Source: Amoeboaphelidium protococcarum X5 (lineage: Eukaryota > Fungi > Aphelidiomycota). Taken from it: a stretch of 64,000 nucleotides of DNA. Both the position numbers and the translations under genes were made by a program. Below, one piece after another: positions 12,722 to 27,653 of the stretch. The notes under the pieces were generated by a model. It had not been told where the DNA came from. It searched no databases and saw only the letters and a program-made list of their open reading frames with translations. Location: assembly GCA_023515725.1 (NCBI GenBank), contig JALDTO010000200.1, forward strand, positions 248,001 to 312,000. The letters are read 5' to 3'. Within the stretch, counting starts at the first letter, position 1, and every line of letters begins with the position of its first letter.

Positions 12722-13759
12722 ATGAGCCAGTAGGGGAAGAGGAGAACGACGAAGGATCTGGCTGCGGATAACGTTGGTCTCACCTGGGCCAATGTAGATG
12801 CATAAATTCCGTAGAGTAATGAGTTGCGCAGTGAAGAGTAAAAGAAGCTTGAGTAGCAAATCATGGCCACTTTGCCCGTGCTTGACCGCAGCTTAATGGA
12901 CACTTTTGGTTTTGGATCACTTTAGGAGGAGTAGCATGCTCAGTGTTCTTAGTGTGAAAGAGTATTATTGCATAGTCATTTCGAACGGCATGTCGCTGAG
13001 TGTAATGATAAGTAGCTTGCAATTTATGATGCGCCAGAGTAGATTAGCAATTCAGCTGCTGCAGCAGCTTAAGCTTTGGGAGATAGTATGGATCTGTCCG
13101 GTAATGATACCGCGAACGGCCACCAGGTTGATGCATATGATGATGATTTCGATGAAATGCATAGTACTCATGGTGATAGTAGCGATCAAGATGATGGATT
13201 TAATTAGGAGGCTTTTAAATGCGGTGTTATATCCAAGCTGAATCCGTTTCCGTGTTAGAATTCGATAATATGCTCCCTGCACACGTTCCAAGAGAAGCTC
13301 AAGGTGGCGCGATCAAAGAATCTCTACTGCCTCATTGATGACTTTATAGCGTAGAAATCAGGTAGAGCACTCCCATTAGAGTAATAGTATGAATTATTCG
13401 TTGGTGATAACGATGGCGGCGATAAGCAAAAAGAGTACTAAAAGCAATAATAAAGTTAGCGAACGTTGAGATCGAATGTATGGCGGCCGAATGTAAATAT
13501 CGTTCATGTTAATGATAATGCTCAATAAGTATCATCTACTACTGATGGAGGAGTCACTATGGGTGATTCTCTTTCTTCTAAAGATCCTGAGTTGGAAACT
13601 CTTGTGCAGAGGGTTTTAGTTGCAAGACGAAATGTTGATGATATGAAAGTGAAATCGTCCATTGTATACCCGGAGACTTCGCAGACTCTGATGGACCGTC
13701 AAAGGTAACGGCTTCTCTTCACTTCCGCCCTCACTGGCAAGAAGTTGAAATTCAATTGA
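12722..13759 (+). CDS. SGF73: SAGA DUB-module subunit Sgf73/ataxin-7-like
   Basis: N-terminal zinc finger (TFGF...CSQCERVLLHSHFERHVAEC) and SCA7 domain (CGVISKLNPFPCQNSIICSLHT...KVARSK). Confidence 0.75.
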
Positions 13760-13842
13760 CATGTTGTTGATTTATTGCAATGTAATATAAAATGCACTAG
13801 TTTTAATAAAGATATTTATTTTATTTTCAAAGCAACTCGAAT

Positions 13843-16800
13843 TCATTTGTTGATGTTACCCTCACCAGATGCAGCCGCATTATTGTTCAAATCACGACCA
13901 CTACCAGCATGAGGCAGCATACAACTTCTTGCCACAGACTCGAACAATCTTTCAATATCAGGTGCACAGCGCGTAAAGGCATGACTCCAAAAGTTGTACT
14001 TTTAATTCTTCAACAGCTCAATGAATGTGATCAATATTCCCCAAGGATGAGGACGATTCACAATCAGTCTTTCCAACAGCACTCTCGTGATCTACTCCTT
14101 CACGATATCGCTGGCAGATTCATGGAAGAGAGTCAACAACAATACACTAAAGTAGTAGGTGTGTGCATTTGGATATCTCAATTGATTCGCAATAGCATTC
14201 AACACATGGTATCTTCCTTCAGTATCAATGTCAAGAACAAGAGCCTTCATCAATTAAAAGTTCAAACTCTTGGCCAAGTACTTCTTCTCAACAATGGACG
14301 CCTGAGATAGAATGGCATCGACACCAACATGATACACGACAGCATTGATCAGCTGGATGTTATAATTCGTTCCATGTAAAAAGACCTCCTGAGAAGAGAG
14401 CACCAGACGTTGCTTTACCAACTTGGCAAATTCTTCAGCAGATCCACTTCCACTCAGATAAGAATTAATCGGTTCAAGCAACTACTTCTCGCGTAATTAA
14501 ACATCATGATCCACAGCCAGCGGAGGCTAAATCTAAATCTCAGGCAACGCTTCAATCTTCAAATTAGGAGTAAAAGGATCCGGCAATAACATGCTGCGAG
14601 GGAATGCACTCAATATCAGATTTCTCAACTAGATACACGATGGAGGGATCACATTACAAAACTAGAAAAAGTATTAGCACAGAAACTCTGGTACATCATG
14701 CAGCAGCACCAGCAGAATCCTCAGCGATCCTTTGTACAGCAAACGTATTGGATCAGTCATCTCAGCATGTCTCAGAAATGGGGACAGAAACTGAAAGAGA
14801 TCCATTAAGAGTACAAAATATGACTACCAACCACTATTCTAAATCTACTACTGAGATTCTTACTGCGACGAATCTTCCTCCAGCATAAAAGGCATAAATT
14901 GACGATGAGATACAAGTTCTAGCCAAGCAAACGCAAAGGATGCAATTCGAGACGGATTCAGAGTATGCAACGCATTACTTATGATAGTGAGGCACTTAGT
15001 TACACTCAACTTGTCACTGAAATGCTAGTGGTGCAGCAAGCTCATAACAGAAGCGAACAGTCTAAAGTATGGCTTCTAATTAAAAGATTTCTAATGCAGC
15101 TAATAGTCATTGACAAGAACCATCACCACAGTGGCAATAGTCTTGGAGAACATCAACTCTTCCTACGCTACAGTGGCAGCAGCACTGTATTGCCTCAACA
15201 CGAAAAGGATAAACTTTGCAACCAAATCCATCTTTGAAAGGTAGACATGACCAACTCCTTATACTTCAGAAAACTGATTGAACTACTGAACTGAGTACTC
15301 CAAACAGGTACGCAGCATCGACAAAAATTCATTATCATCTATCAAGACATTCAACTGCTCCAAAGAAGATCTAAAGTCCTTAGGCAATTGATTCCAGTTC
15401 GAAAAACCAGATTCAGAAACCATATTCCATTTCTAAAAGACTTCAACAAACCTCAACTTTCTCTCCAGATACTCATCAGACTGAATGTAGAATATGCTCT
15501 GCGCCTTAAGTTTAATCTCATCCAGCATGAGACGCGTATCCCCATCCAATTGAATAGAATCACCACCCGATTAAGTCACTTGAGCCAGTGCAACCAGAGA
15601 TGTATAGAATTCAGCATGAGTAACAATCGGAGGATTGGTGAATAGACACTGATGAATCAAACGAATAGCAAAGCTTATCTTTGATGCTTACTTGCTCAGA
15701 ATGAACTTTGCAATGACACCATCATACTCCAATATATTCAACAATCCAGACTGGATAAGAGCGATATTGATAGGAACCTTCAACTTAATTTCCTCCTCCG
15801 AAAAGAACAACCAAGTTGTGAATTCGGTAGCAACTGTACGGCTCAATTCACATATTCTCTCTAACAATACAATGTAGATTTCTATTCCCAGCACAATCTC
15901 AGTCTTGAATAATAGCGACACCAACTTCTGACTGAACCACAGCGCCAATTCATCGCGGACAAAGAACTGAGAAGCTGCAACGTTAATCTATCTCACCAGC
16001 GTAATAATCTCATGATCTGATGGCAAGCTTGATAGAGATACATTAGCATTCTACTTCACGATTTTATCCAATTCATCCAGGAGAGCCGAAATCTTGTCCA
16101 TAATCTGCTGCAACGGATTAACAGATGGTAAATCTTCAATCAAGTCACTAGGTACAGGATTACTCATCATTGGAACTACACCACTAGTCTGTGGTTGCTG
16201 CTACTATTGATGCATAGACGGAACAACCTAAGCAGACGATACACCGGTTAAGGCAGGTGGTACTTGAATAGATCCGTTGCTTGCAAAACTTTCATAGACA
16301 TTTTAGGCATTCTATGGAGGTGCAGCAGATAACCCAATGAATTTAGCCGGTATATTCTATGGCAGCTCCGACCAAGGCATACCACGCTCTCTCTAACGAC
16401 GTCTGGCCAGAAATGCAAGATTAAGAGACTCCAAAATGCTAGGAATCGATTTATCCATTGAGGCCTTCTGTATAATCTGACATCCCAACTCACCATTCTC
16501 CGGTGTGATGGAGGCCAAAATCATATCAGTCATTGGATCGCCAATTCCACTCTATTACAGAGCAGTGCGTAGGTTCTAATTCAAGCACTTCATAAAAGGA
16601 TCTTTGCAGGTGACTAGCGCCAAATTTCCACTTAAATTCTGGACCATAAGCACTGCGGCCCTCTTCAACCTATCCTCATTTCCTTCACTGGCAAAGTCTT
16701 TAGTAATTAAATCACGAGTTGCAATCACTGCAATGGACACTGATCTCTCCACAACTGGCGCCAGAACTTCTTTAATGGCACGATCAACGGCAGATACGAC

Positions 16801-19716
16801 AAGCTTCTTCAACGCAGGATGAGCATTAAACAGCGGTGCATTTCCACTAAAAGACACGTACTGAGCAAGATCAGGAATAGACACATTTCCATGATCATCA
16901 TACACGACAACAGGACATGTCAGCTAAGTACCGGGAGTGATAAAATTGGAGGACACTGCAGACATATTGTCTTGGATAGATAATTAATCGAATCCAATGT
17001 TAGCAGAATCAGCATACGACAATGGTCTGCTACCTGGTGGAAACAGCACGGCACTCGGCTCAATGTCTTTCAACTCAACATCCACAGACTTGCATAGAAC
17101 CTCAATCTCAAACTTCAGATTCAACTTCAAGTCTGCATTATTATACAGCTCTACCAACAATCTCAGAATCGACATCAGCCATGGATTAGGCGGCACATAC
17201 ACTCTGCTATTCTTGCAATGCTCCAGTACTTTGCAAACAAATGGTATAGTCACAATAAGTCTCTGTGACTTATAGCCAGACAAGATAAGCTCCTTCAAGT
17301 TCAGTTAGGTGGACAGGATGGGCTTATTCTTTGCAATGGTCACCATTCCCAACCATGATCCTAAATTCTTGAGCAAAGTTCTCTCCTGAGAGGAAGTAAC
17401 AGTCTTCTGGGAATTCAGCAGTACTTTGATGTTGGCGTAAGTCTCGTCCAATACTCTCTTACTCAACTGAGGAGACTTTAGATTATCCACAACCTGCCAG
17501 TACAAAGGATGAAAGTTGGGCTCGGTACTGACGCGCTTGACAATCAGATAATTAATGAACCAACTATAGTTCTCTTCTGACAACAACTAGCGCAGATCCT
17601 TAGACTTTTCATCCATATTATCAATCGATAGATTATTCACCACAAACAGAATTTTCTCTTGAGTGGCCTAATCCGGAGCATTCAAAGAATCTGCAGACTT
17701 CAGTAAAGACTCCTAACTACCACTAGTCTTTGGCTTTTTCACTTCCTGCTGCTGCTGAACAGGCGGTTTGCTCAGAGCCACCTTGATGGCTTGCGCCAGA
17801 TCTGGGCATGAATCGACAAACGTGGAAATCTACAACAAGTGATTACAATATTAAGGCCATTCACCCAATCTACTTTGATATTGACGCAATGCACAAACTG
17901 CAAACTTGAACATCTTTGACCCAGCCGGTCTACGGAGAGATTCCAGAACATATCTCAACGCAAGACCCAAACGATTTGGACTCAGCAGCTGCTTATTTAC
18001 CAACTTTCCCAACAGCTCAGCAGTAATCAGCAATTCTTTATCAGGATACTTTGGAAAGAAACGATACTCATCGAATAGGTTATGGATCATGCAATCAAAT
18101 ATTTGCTTCTCCTTTTCGACTGCTGAAGATTTGAAGCCAGACAGAAGATCAATTACGGAATTGATAGACATGGACTCTCCATAAATCTTTTCATAAAACT
18201 GATTTGCCTTCTCTTCAACATCAGTAGAAAAGGACGACTGATCAACAGCAGACGCACCAACCAACTCGCTCAATTTAGGATGCACTTTGACCGCATGCGC
18301 TTTCACTTCCTTGTAAAGTTATACAACAGCATTACCACCCTTATCATCCTTCAAGTCCAACTACTCAAGAGCGGTGAACAGATGCACGCAAATATCTTCA
18401 CTCAATACAGATATACTACTATCCTTCTACTAGGCGGAGGAAGCCGATTCCAACTTCTACAAAATCTTCAATAGAGACAGCACAAAGACTTGGCCTGCAG
18501 TAGATTTTCCCTAACTCACGACCCACTTTTCAAGATTCAAATACTCACGACGACTAGCCATTATCGCCAACTCAATCTTGAACTAAATTCTACCAGGCTA
18601 CACATTATCAGCCTACACGACCTCCAACAACTGAGGCAGTGCCTTAATCTCTTGCACTATATCCAACACACGCGACAATATCATTGAATCCTGGGTGTAC
18701 AAGTCCACCATCAGATCAACCACCAACTATGGCTTGAGATTCCAAACAACATTCAACACAAAGGCTGAGCTGGAGTGGCCGATTATAAAGATGGACACCA
18801 GTTTCTTGACAACCTCCAAATGCAATGGATGCCAATCCTACTTGATCTTGACCAGGCCAATAACAACTAACTCTGTAGACTGACGAGACGCAACATCCAA
18901 CAGCTATTTAGCGTCATCCGTAACTTCTGCGCATGCCAAGTTCATCAGAATTGTGATCAAGTCAAGACTATTCCATGGCTAAGTTAACCATGATAAGACA
19001 ATGTTCTTCGTCGCAGCAGGCACCACGTCCAAATCTTTCATATCCAAAACAGGATTCTCGCTCAACTTTACCACATCAAATAGAGACTTAGGCGCTTGAG
19101 TTGCCATACGCAAGAACGATGTCTAGCCCTTCATATTCAACCATTTCATCTCACAGAACAAGCGGAAGGGGAAAGGCTAAGTAGGACCAGCAGCGATTGA
19201 ATAAACCTGAACAATAACCTCAAAAGCACGCAAATCTGACACTTGGAACTCGGGAACGTCCAGCAATGCAATAACGTCATCCCAATTGATGCTGCCAAAG
19301 CGGTCACGTATCACCTTCGCAAAGCACTCCAGATCCCAGCGAATAGCCTATGCCAACTTATCCACAGACTACGATGCATTGGACACCCAAAGCGACGTGG
19401 CCGGCAGAGGATCACTAGAACTTCTAGCCATATAAATGACACCATACGCCACCTCCAGCAGAACATACGATTTCTTCATAGCAGCCTGATCCAATGAGTT
19501 ACGAAACTGCTACTCTTATCTCAGACCAGGGCAGTTCTTGAGATGCATAACCATTTGCGAGTTATCAAAAGTGAACGGAGTAGATGAACTCTTCATCAGA
19601 CGCTCATACTTTTAATACAAAGCATCTGCCGCCACAACATTACCCGCCTTCATCAGCTACGCATACTCCTTCTTCACCGCCAACGCCTTCAAATATTCCA
19701 TCTCTTCGCCATTCAT
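13843..19716 (-). CDS. NOT1: CCR4-NOT scaffold subunit (~1957 aa; true start uncertain)
   Basis: One continuous frame with TAR=Gln. Contains [44 protein letters not shown] and PPNPWLM. Confidence 0.97.
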
Positions 19717-20234
19717 CTTCTCTAGCCGTAAGTTAATTAAATTCTTAATGACAATCACGAATAAATTAATTATTACCACTTGGAAAGAACACAATACACC
19801 ACAATGAAGGAATCCACAATTACAGTGATTTGTAGAGAGTACGAACAGTGAATGTGAACAAGAGGAGAGGAGGAGAGGCGAGACACAAGAGAGGGAGCGA
19901 GAGAGTGTGACCGAAGAAAGGACGAAAGATTGAACGATCGCGCGCACTTTATGGCAACACGAGTAACGACAATGTTCGACCTGTCTGCCATTTTGATCTG
20001 GGTAGTGCTCAAATCGAGAATTCAAAGTATGGGACAATCGATTTCGAGATTCAGCTCATCTTTTATACAGTATATACTTTTGCTCATTTCGAAATACTTT
20101 ACACCTTCCATAAATATCGCGCCTGTGAGTAGATTGTTCTTTTCAGATTTTAATAGCTTTTCTAATAGCTGTAAATCACAGCTTTGTACTCTTTTTCAAG
20201 TCTTCTTTGAGGAAGCGACGAGAACGATAAAATC

Positions 20235-21221
20235 ATGGTCATTGAAGGTGAATAGCAAGAAGAGATATAGTAAAATTAGCAATTTGGGACGCGATATCTG
20301 ACGGATCCCAGTTTGGTGTATGAGCATAATGCATGGGACAATGTGCAGGTGAGCGATGAGATGAAGCAGAGTATGGATCAAGTTATTGAGCGCTAGAAAG
20401 AGACGCAATTGAGTGCTGATCAGAGATTACGCATAGAAGAGGAAGCATAACATAATTGGGATTAATTCTATCGCGTTCACAATGACAAGTTTTTTAAGAA
20501 TCGCAAGTGGCTTCACATTGAATTTCCTGAATTATTTAAGTCCGCTGATGATTTATCTGCTTTGTATTAGTAATAGTAGTAGCAGTAGTAGCAAGATTAG
20601 GATCTTTGTATTCTGGAAGCTGGCTGCGGTGTGGGTAATTCACTAGCGATTCTTAATGAGTATTATTCCGCATTAGATTCCACAGAGTAGCTGTAATGCG
20701 TCAAGCTTTATGGATGTGATTTCGCTCAAAGTGCTGTGGACGTCATGCTTAGGGATAACGCGGATCAGTTGAGTCTTTGTCGTGTATTTCAACATGATAT
20801 CACTAAAGATTTAGATGGTGATATTATCGCTCCTGGGTCTCTGTCTTATATTCTACTAATATTCTGTCTATCTGCAATACCTAGTGACTTGCATGAAAAG
20901 ACTCTCCGCAATCTGCACAAATTACTCAAGCCTGGAGGCGTGATTCTGTTTAGAGATTACGCCAAGTATGACATGACATAGATTAGATTCAAGAAGAATA
21001 GGTACATTGAAGATGGTACGTATATTCGCGGAGATAGCACAATGGTACACTTTTTCGACTAGTAGAGTATTGACGCAATGGCCAAATCTGTTGGATTCGA
21101 AAGTTTATAAAGTAAATTAGACTCCAGGCTCTTGGTGAATAGATAAAAGAAGTTGTAAATGTATAGAATGTGGATTTAATGCAAGTGGAGGAAGCCTATT
21201 ATGTTATGGAACTAGTAATGA
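20235..21221 (+). CDS. TRM140: tRNA m3C methyltransferase (METTL2/Trm140 family)
   Basis: [35 protein letters not shown] and FRDYAKYD. Confidence 0.92.
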
Positions 21222-21257
21222 ATGATGATATTAATATAATTTTCTAAACCTGGTCTT

Positions 21258-22718
21258 TCATTCTTCAAATAAGTTTACTCGTTTGTATGCTGGATTATCA
21301 ATGCGACTCAATTACTCTATACTTTATGCCAGCTATGTAGAAATCCTCTTTTACTTTTACTTTTTAGAAGTCCAAGTATTGTGATTATCGGCATTCGAGT
21401 TCTCAGTCTATTTAAAATGTTTATCCAACTTGGCGAGAATGTCCATAATCATATAAAGATCATTGGCAATAATTCCTTGAGGATCTTCTCTATTAGCCCA
21501 TACTTGTAGACTCACTAAAATATTAATTACGACACTAAGCACTTTCATAATTTACTCATCCTTCATCCAAATGACATCCCACACAAATTACTTAACAGAG
21601 AATGAGGACAAGTCATCATGTTGAACAATATCATGTGATGATTTAGCAGTATTATCCTGCGTTACTTTCGTCTTTTAGTCTTGATGAACTAAGTCTTACA
21701 ACTATGCTTTGATTTACAAGACTTTAGGGACTTTAACTTGATGCTTTTATAAAGGTAATTTCTGGACAGGAAATCCTTCAAAAGATTAAATCTTGACCGG
21801 CGTCATCATCCCCAGTGCTCCTCTCACTCTGTGCTTTACCAAAGATTATTTTAAGCTATTTTAAGAGCTATCCTATAAAGTAGATGCAGCAGTCCCAGCC
21901 ATAGGATCACCATTCTCTGGTGCTTATTACACTTTATCTGACTTTAATGGCTTTTCATACACAGCCTAAATGTATTACATTAGAGAAGAGCAGAGCATAT
22001 TATAAACTTTAGAGTCAGCGTATAATTCATAACGAGACTTTCGATCATTGAGAATCCGGCTATAAATGAGGGATAGAACATTCTGCGACAGTAGAGTATT
22101 CCGCAACTCTCTGTTGTGATCCACAAAGGATACAAGCATCTTCATTGATAGAAATTATGATTTCAGAGCCTCAATAACAGGAACAGATAGACAATTGACA
22201 TAATTGACAATAGATACCCAGCACTAGCATATCATAGAAACATATAACACTTTAGGCATAGCAATAACTGTCTACAGAGCGCCAACCATTACAACGCTAA
22301 TGGGCAGATATATCGCGCAAGCAACCAAAGCAATCATTATACTATACCGTAATCTATTGAATAATCGCATACTCTGAAGTGGAGCACAATTGTTGTAAAT
22401 CAGATTCAGAGACGACAATAGTAAGCATAGTGTCATGTCAGCGGAACGAATCTAGAAAGCACAAATCATACCAGTGAAATGAGCAAACCAGAACAAGTAT
22501 GAGGGATACGGCAATAGTCGAAGTACTACATGAACAAGTAGAATATACGGAAACAGCCAATAAAATTATTTGAATATCAGAGACAATACAATAGAAATCA
22601 CCAGCTTATCCAGTACAAGACTACCAATAGTAGTATAAGTTGCATTCAGGATTCTTGCATCTCCAGTGAACATATTCCTATACAACTACAGATACTTGAA
22701 ACTCACAAAGTCTTTCAT
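21258..22718 (-). CDS. Putative transmembrane nucleoporin Ndc1
   Basis: 487-codon frame with several N-terminal hydrophobic segments and C-terminal ANREDPQGII, which resembles the Ndc1 EDxxGVVQ motif. Confidence 0.5.
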
Positions 22719-23114
22719 TTCCAAGTTCTCACTCAGGATTAATATATCTCAGATACAAACTAAAACCAATCTACTGTAAACAATACTTTATTACTCAAGT
22801 AGGTGAAACGATTAAAAGCGTCGAGTTTAAATAAAATAAAAGAGAAAGAAAGTCTTCCAATAGTTTGTCTTCTCGTTCGCTCAATGTCGAGAAAGATCGC
22901 GCGTCCGAAAGAGCCAGTCGGAGAGAACCTCTTTCTTGCCCTCTCTTTCTCTCTACGTGCGTGCCTCTCTCTCTCTCTTTCTTTCTTTCTTCTTTCAGTC
23001 AGAGACAGCTGATTGATTGTATTGTAACTACTTGTTTTGAATATTGATTATCCTTATTAAACGTGCTACTTTATTAGAACTGTTTTCCCAGAAGTCAGTT
23101 AATTTAAAGAGAAT

Positions 23115-23525
23115 ATGTATAAGAGAAGCAAGTAAGAGTTGGAGTAAAAGTATAAAGTTGTGGATGAGGTGGTGCCGTTGGAGGAGGAGGTTCGATTTGT
23201 TCATGAGAACTTGAATAATAGTGTGGAGTACGTACTGGATGGCAGCAAGTCTCTGGTGAACCGGTGGATTGGATTTGAGTAGTAGAGCGTAAGGTATTTG
23301 AAGAGTGTACACCACCGCGATGAGTCGCTGGGTAATAGCAAGTATGTCGTTGGCTCCGTGCTTGCTGGCTCTATTCTGGGCAAGTATTAGGGCGTCAGAT
23401 TTGTGTATCCTCTAGCATTTGCCGCACTCACCACTGCTATATTCTACCCGCAGACTCTATACAATGTGTACAACAAGTCTATACTCAGTCTCAGACTGGA
23501 TGTTACCCAGCCTGCGGAGAAATGA
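23115..23525 (+). CDS. MICOS subunit Mic26/Mic27 (apolipoprotein O family)-like
   Basis: RWIGFEQ, YVVGSVLAGSIL, RFVYP and FYPQT pattern; an upstream exon is possible. Confidence 0.6.
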
Positions 23526-23579
23526 TACGTGACGTGGAAATTAAGATAGTTATTCATAGTGTATTTAAAATCATTTTAA

Positions 23580-24323
23580 TCACTATGGCACATAGATGCG
23601 ATACATTTCTTCTGGCATAATCAAAATGTTCTCCTTCTTGGTGGACTTGTATATAATCTGATTACCTGAGTATTAAGAGGATTTAACTAAACTATCATCC
23701 TTTTATGCCAGTGTAGAATCTCTAATCTAAAGAGCAGACTATCGCTACTTCTATGCAGCAGTATTGTTACTATTATTGGTATTAGTTGTTCCTCTCTTGA
23801 CAATACTCTTGTGTAGAAGGCGATCAATAACTTACTACTTTTCCATGAGCAGTTTATTAATTCTCCTCTGTCTGTCATGCTCTTTTCTATTACTGGATCG
23901 ACTTGCCAGTTACGCAGCAGCAGCACCACCGCTCCTATCCACCGTATCATTGGCAGTATCCAGAGACATGGCTGAAGACTCGTGCATTGTATCAGTGTCC
24001 AACTCAGCCTCATCAGTATCCTCCCCTCCATCATCATCAACCTTCATCCTTTATACATTCGATATAGTTTTCATTTGATTATCCACATCCGTATCATTTT
24101 CTTCCTCTTCTGTGTCATCAACATCTTCAGGATCTAAAATCTCTGTATCTTCAGATTATTCATCATCAGAGGAACTTTATTATACAACAGTATCATACCC
24201 ATCAGCTTCATCAGATCCACCACTTGTGAATGAAATCACATCCTCCTGTCCACTACTATAATCATCTCCATCATCATAACCGTCAGAGCTATCCTCGTCA
24301 CTAATCACGGTCCTCCTACGCAT
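23580..24323 (-). CDS. Acidic protein, possibly INO80 subunit Ies2/INO80B-like
   Basis: Asp/Glu-rich N-terminal half, then RQRRINKLLMEKQQVIDRLLHK (PAPA-1-like helix). Confidence 0.45.
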
Positions 24324-24559
24324 CTAGTTATATACTGTCTTCAGTTAATAATAGTTCTTGATATTTGTCAATAATAGCGATGGTAATTACAGTACTTGCA
24401 ACCTAATGATTTTTAGTTAAAAAGAGATTCTGCGTAGACAGTTCTCCCTTGAAAGTTTTCCATCTCAAAGTTGACATTTCTCTCTCGCTTCTTCCAAACT
24501 CTCTGCGATACATTTTAATTATAAGGAATTAATAGCCGTTAAGATTGTCTAAATATATA

Positions 24560-25081
24560 ATGGCCTCAATATTTAATAATTATTTCAAGACGGATGAAGA
24601 GGGTGGACTTCGATCGGGCGGCGGTGGTGCTGCGGGTGGAAATGCAATGGGCCTAGAGGAGACTTGTGCAATGCTTTCGCTGAGCCGGACACAGCGACTG
24701 TATGGATTCGCCATTTGCTTCACGGTGGGCTTCATACTCGGCATACTGGGTAGTGTATTTCTCTTCTTTGGTGATGTGGTTCCTTTTGCCATCCTGTATA
24801 CATTTGGCAACCTGTCGTCGCTCTTCAGTACCGGTTTCCTTATCGGTCCGGTGAGATAGTGTAAGAACATGTTTGATCCGGTGAGGTTAATCGCCAGTCT
24901 GATTTTTTTCGGTGCAATGATTGTCACTCTGTTCTTGGCCTTCTTTCTGGGCTAGGCTGGTGCTGGAGCTTGTCTGGTCCTTGTATTTGTTTAATGGATA
25001 GCCTTGATCTGGTACTCTGCCTCCTACATTCCATTTGCTCGTGCAGCCATTAAAAACTGTCTGGGATCCCTCGTTGGCTGA
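24560..25081 (+). CDS. SFT2: Got1/Sft2-family vesicle transport protein
   Basis: LSRTQRLYGF, FAILYTFGN, FLIGPVRQCKNMF and WYSASYIPF. Confidence 0.93.
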
Positions 25082-25243
25082 TTTTGCATCTCTCTCTCCC
25101 TTTATAAATATATATCAGGTGTAAGTATAAAATTTTTAAATTTAATACTAATGATCATCAACTTGAATCCGAAATAATAATCAGGTAATCAACTTTACTG
25201 GATTCCATTTACACCATTGTCAATAAATCAATCAATCAGTCAG

Positions 25244-27653
25244 TCAAATATCAGTCACCTTCCATCCCTTTCTCCACATACGATCCTTGTACACCTTGGA
25301 TGGACCATCAAAGCCGAAAGAGAGAGGTGCGAAATAGTAGAAAGTCACCACTGATGCTGCCAGAACACTTGCCCACAATACCCATCCAATGGTACGGGGC
25401 AGACGGGCTGCTATATGCTCAGTGATGAATGCCAGAGACAATATGCTAAAGTACAGAGCCGGGAAGTAATGGTGCAAGTAAGTCACTCTGGCCATGATCA
25501 TAAATGGTAAATAGTGTAGAGCCCATCCAATAACAAAGTACTTGCCCACGGTAAAGTACTTTTGATACTCGGCGAGATTCCAATTCTTGTATCCGCGCTT
25601 CCATCTCAGAGCATAGAAAAGAGTGAGTGCACCATACAAGATCAAACTGGCAGTTCCACCCCACCATATCGCAGGATTACCCAAAAGGAGAACTTTGTGA
25701 ACATCATCGCCCCAACCGCACATACGAAGGCCAACATTCAACCATGGCCACTCGGATGGCAGTGATGTCAATCCATCTGGTTCCTTGTCGGGATCAGGTG
25801 TGAGTGCATTATTAGATGTGTACATGCCCACATTCAAATGGATAAAATCCTTAATGAATGATGTCTTGTACTCAGCCTTGGTACCAGGCTCCATCTTGTC
25901 GTTCCAGTGACTCTCCACATTCCAAATATTGTACAGGTCCGTCTTGTTATACTTGTCACAGACCACTTCAGCCTGCTTGAAGCCCCACTCTGGCAGGTTG
26001 ACATTATGAGATCTGAGCAGACACTTGTGCACCTTGTGTCTAAATCTCAATCTAGTCGAGAGGGATCTAATCTTACCACCAGTACCTCCTCTCACATCGT
26101 CAACAACCTCAACTCTCCAGTAATCATTTGCATCTCCAATAGTCTCATTACCATAACCTGACACTTCATACGCCCACTTGGAGATTGGGGCAGCGTGCGC
26201 ATGACTATGCAGATTGCGACCAGTTGAGGCATGCATTAGGCGCACTTAATCACCATCCTTGAGGTAATGGATTTCCGTGTCCTCTTCGACTGCGGGTTCT
26301 CCTCTAATGCGCTTAATGATCCAATCGTTATTCGCATCCTTATGATGATAACAAGTCACCTACTGCTGCTTAGATCCGTGTGGGAATGTCTGTACGTGAG
26401 AATGTAATAATCCACCACCATAGCCATTATTCTTCAAAGTCACCTTGGATCCATAAGCGATATAGAGCGGACTTTCATGCAACGTATTACCAATCAAGTT
26501 GGCCTGAAATAAACTACTCATCTGCGCATCTCCAGGTCCACTATACGCCAAAATCTTGAAATGTACCCAGAATGAAAACATATAAATGGCAATAGGGAGA
26601 GCGATGAGACACAGAGATCTAGCAGTAAAATGCTTAATAAACAGACGCGGTGAACACTTGACATCACCAAACAGATCCCATAAATCTTCAATGGTATACA
26701 GACCGATAGTGGCCGTAACAAAAAAGCCAACCCATTTCACACTGGACACCATACCGATCCCAGACCCGGTGGCTGCCAGCCAGAACCACCACTCGGCCGT
26801 AAATGGACGTCTGCGACAGTTGTAAAAGACTGAGAGACAGTAGAAGGAGTAGACGGTGAAGAATAAAAGCATAGAGTCTAGCAAGATGTAACGACTAATG
26901 GCCAGGTAGGCATTATCACACAGGACCATGATGGCAGCCATAAAAGAAGCTCTCTTGCTTAAACCAAACTCAAGACACGTCAAATACGCCAGCGGGACCA
27001 TGAAAGCTCCAAACATGGACAGAAACACCCTCATAGTGGTGTAGTTGAGGCCTTCCGGGTACTGTTTACCAGACTCAAAGTCAAAATCTCCCTTATAACC
27101 TGCAAGAAGACCAGCGAATCCGACCAGCATCTTGCCTAGAGGTGGGTGAACATCAAAGTAGAACTCACGCTTCAGATAGTGACTGGCAAACTTCCCGAAA
27201 TGCTACAAAATTGATAATTATATCGTTTTTTTTAATAATAAAATTGACTGCGAATATAAAAAAAATTACCGCTTCATCCCAAACAACAAAGGTGGCCTTC
27301 CCAATGGACCATACTCTGCTCACAATGGATACTATAGACAGAGCCAGAACCATGGCATAAGTTTTGGCATCATATCTGAACACTCCATCCAACAAGTTAT
27401 CCAACCAGTCTTGAGTTTGAGCAACAGACTAAGTTTTTCCCTTCTTCTTGCTATCCCCTTTACCACCTTGAACACCATTATCATAGTCATTCAATAACTC
27501 GTTCTCCAATAGTTCATTAGCGCTCAACTACTACTGGCCATCTGCAGAGAATCCCGCAGCATTGGCTCTTCTCTACCGCATTTATTGCTCCATCGCTGGC
27601 TCTTACTAAATGTTGCCGCCAGACAAAACCGGATTCGCTTTAAGACTTGGCAT
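25244..27653 (-). CDS. PMT2: Dolichyl-phosphate-mannose:protein O-mannosyltransferase (PMT2 subfamily)
   Basis: VVWDEA|HFGKF (intron ~27204-27269), DVHPPLGKM, SGPGDAQMSSLFQ, MIR domains and RVTYLHHYFPALYF; alternative start at 27593. Confidence 0.95.

Noticed and set aside
13843-19716. Apparent pseudogenes with many internal stops (NOT1, DRS2, eIF4G and others)
   Set aside because: All internal stops are TAA/TAG at Gln-compatible positions, and the frames are continuous under TAR=Gln.
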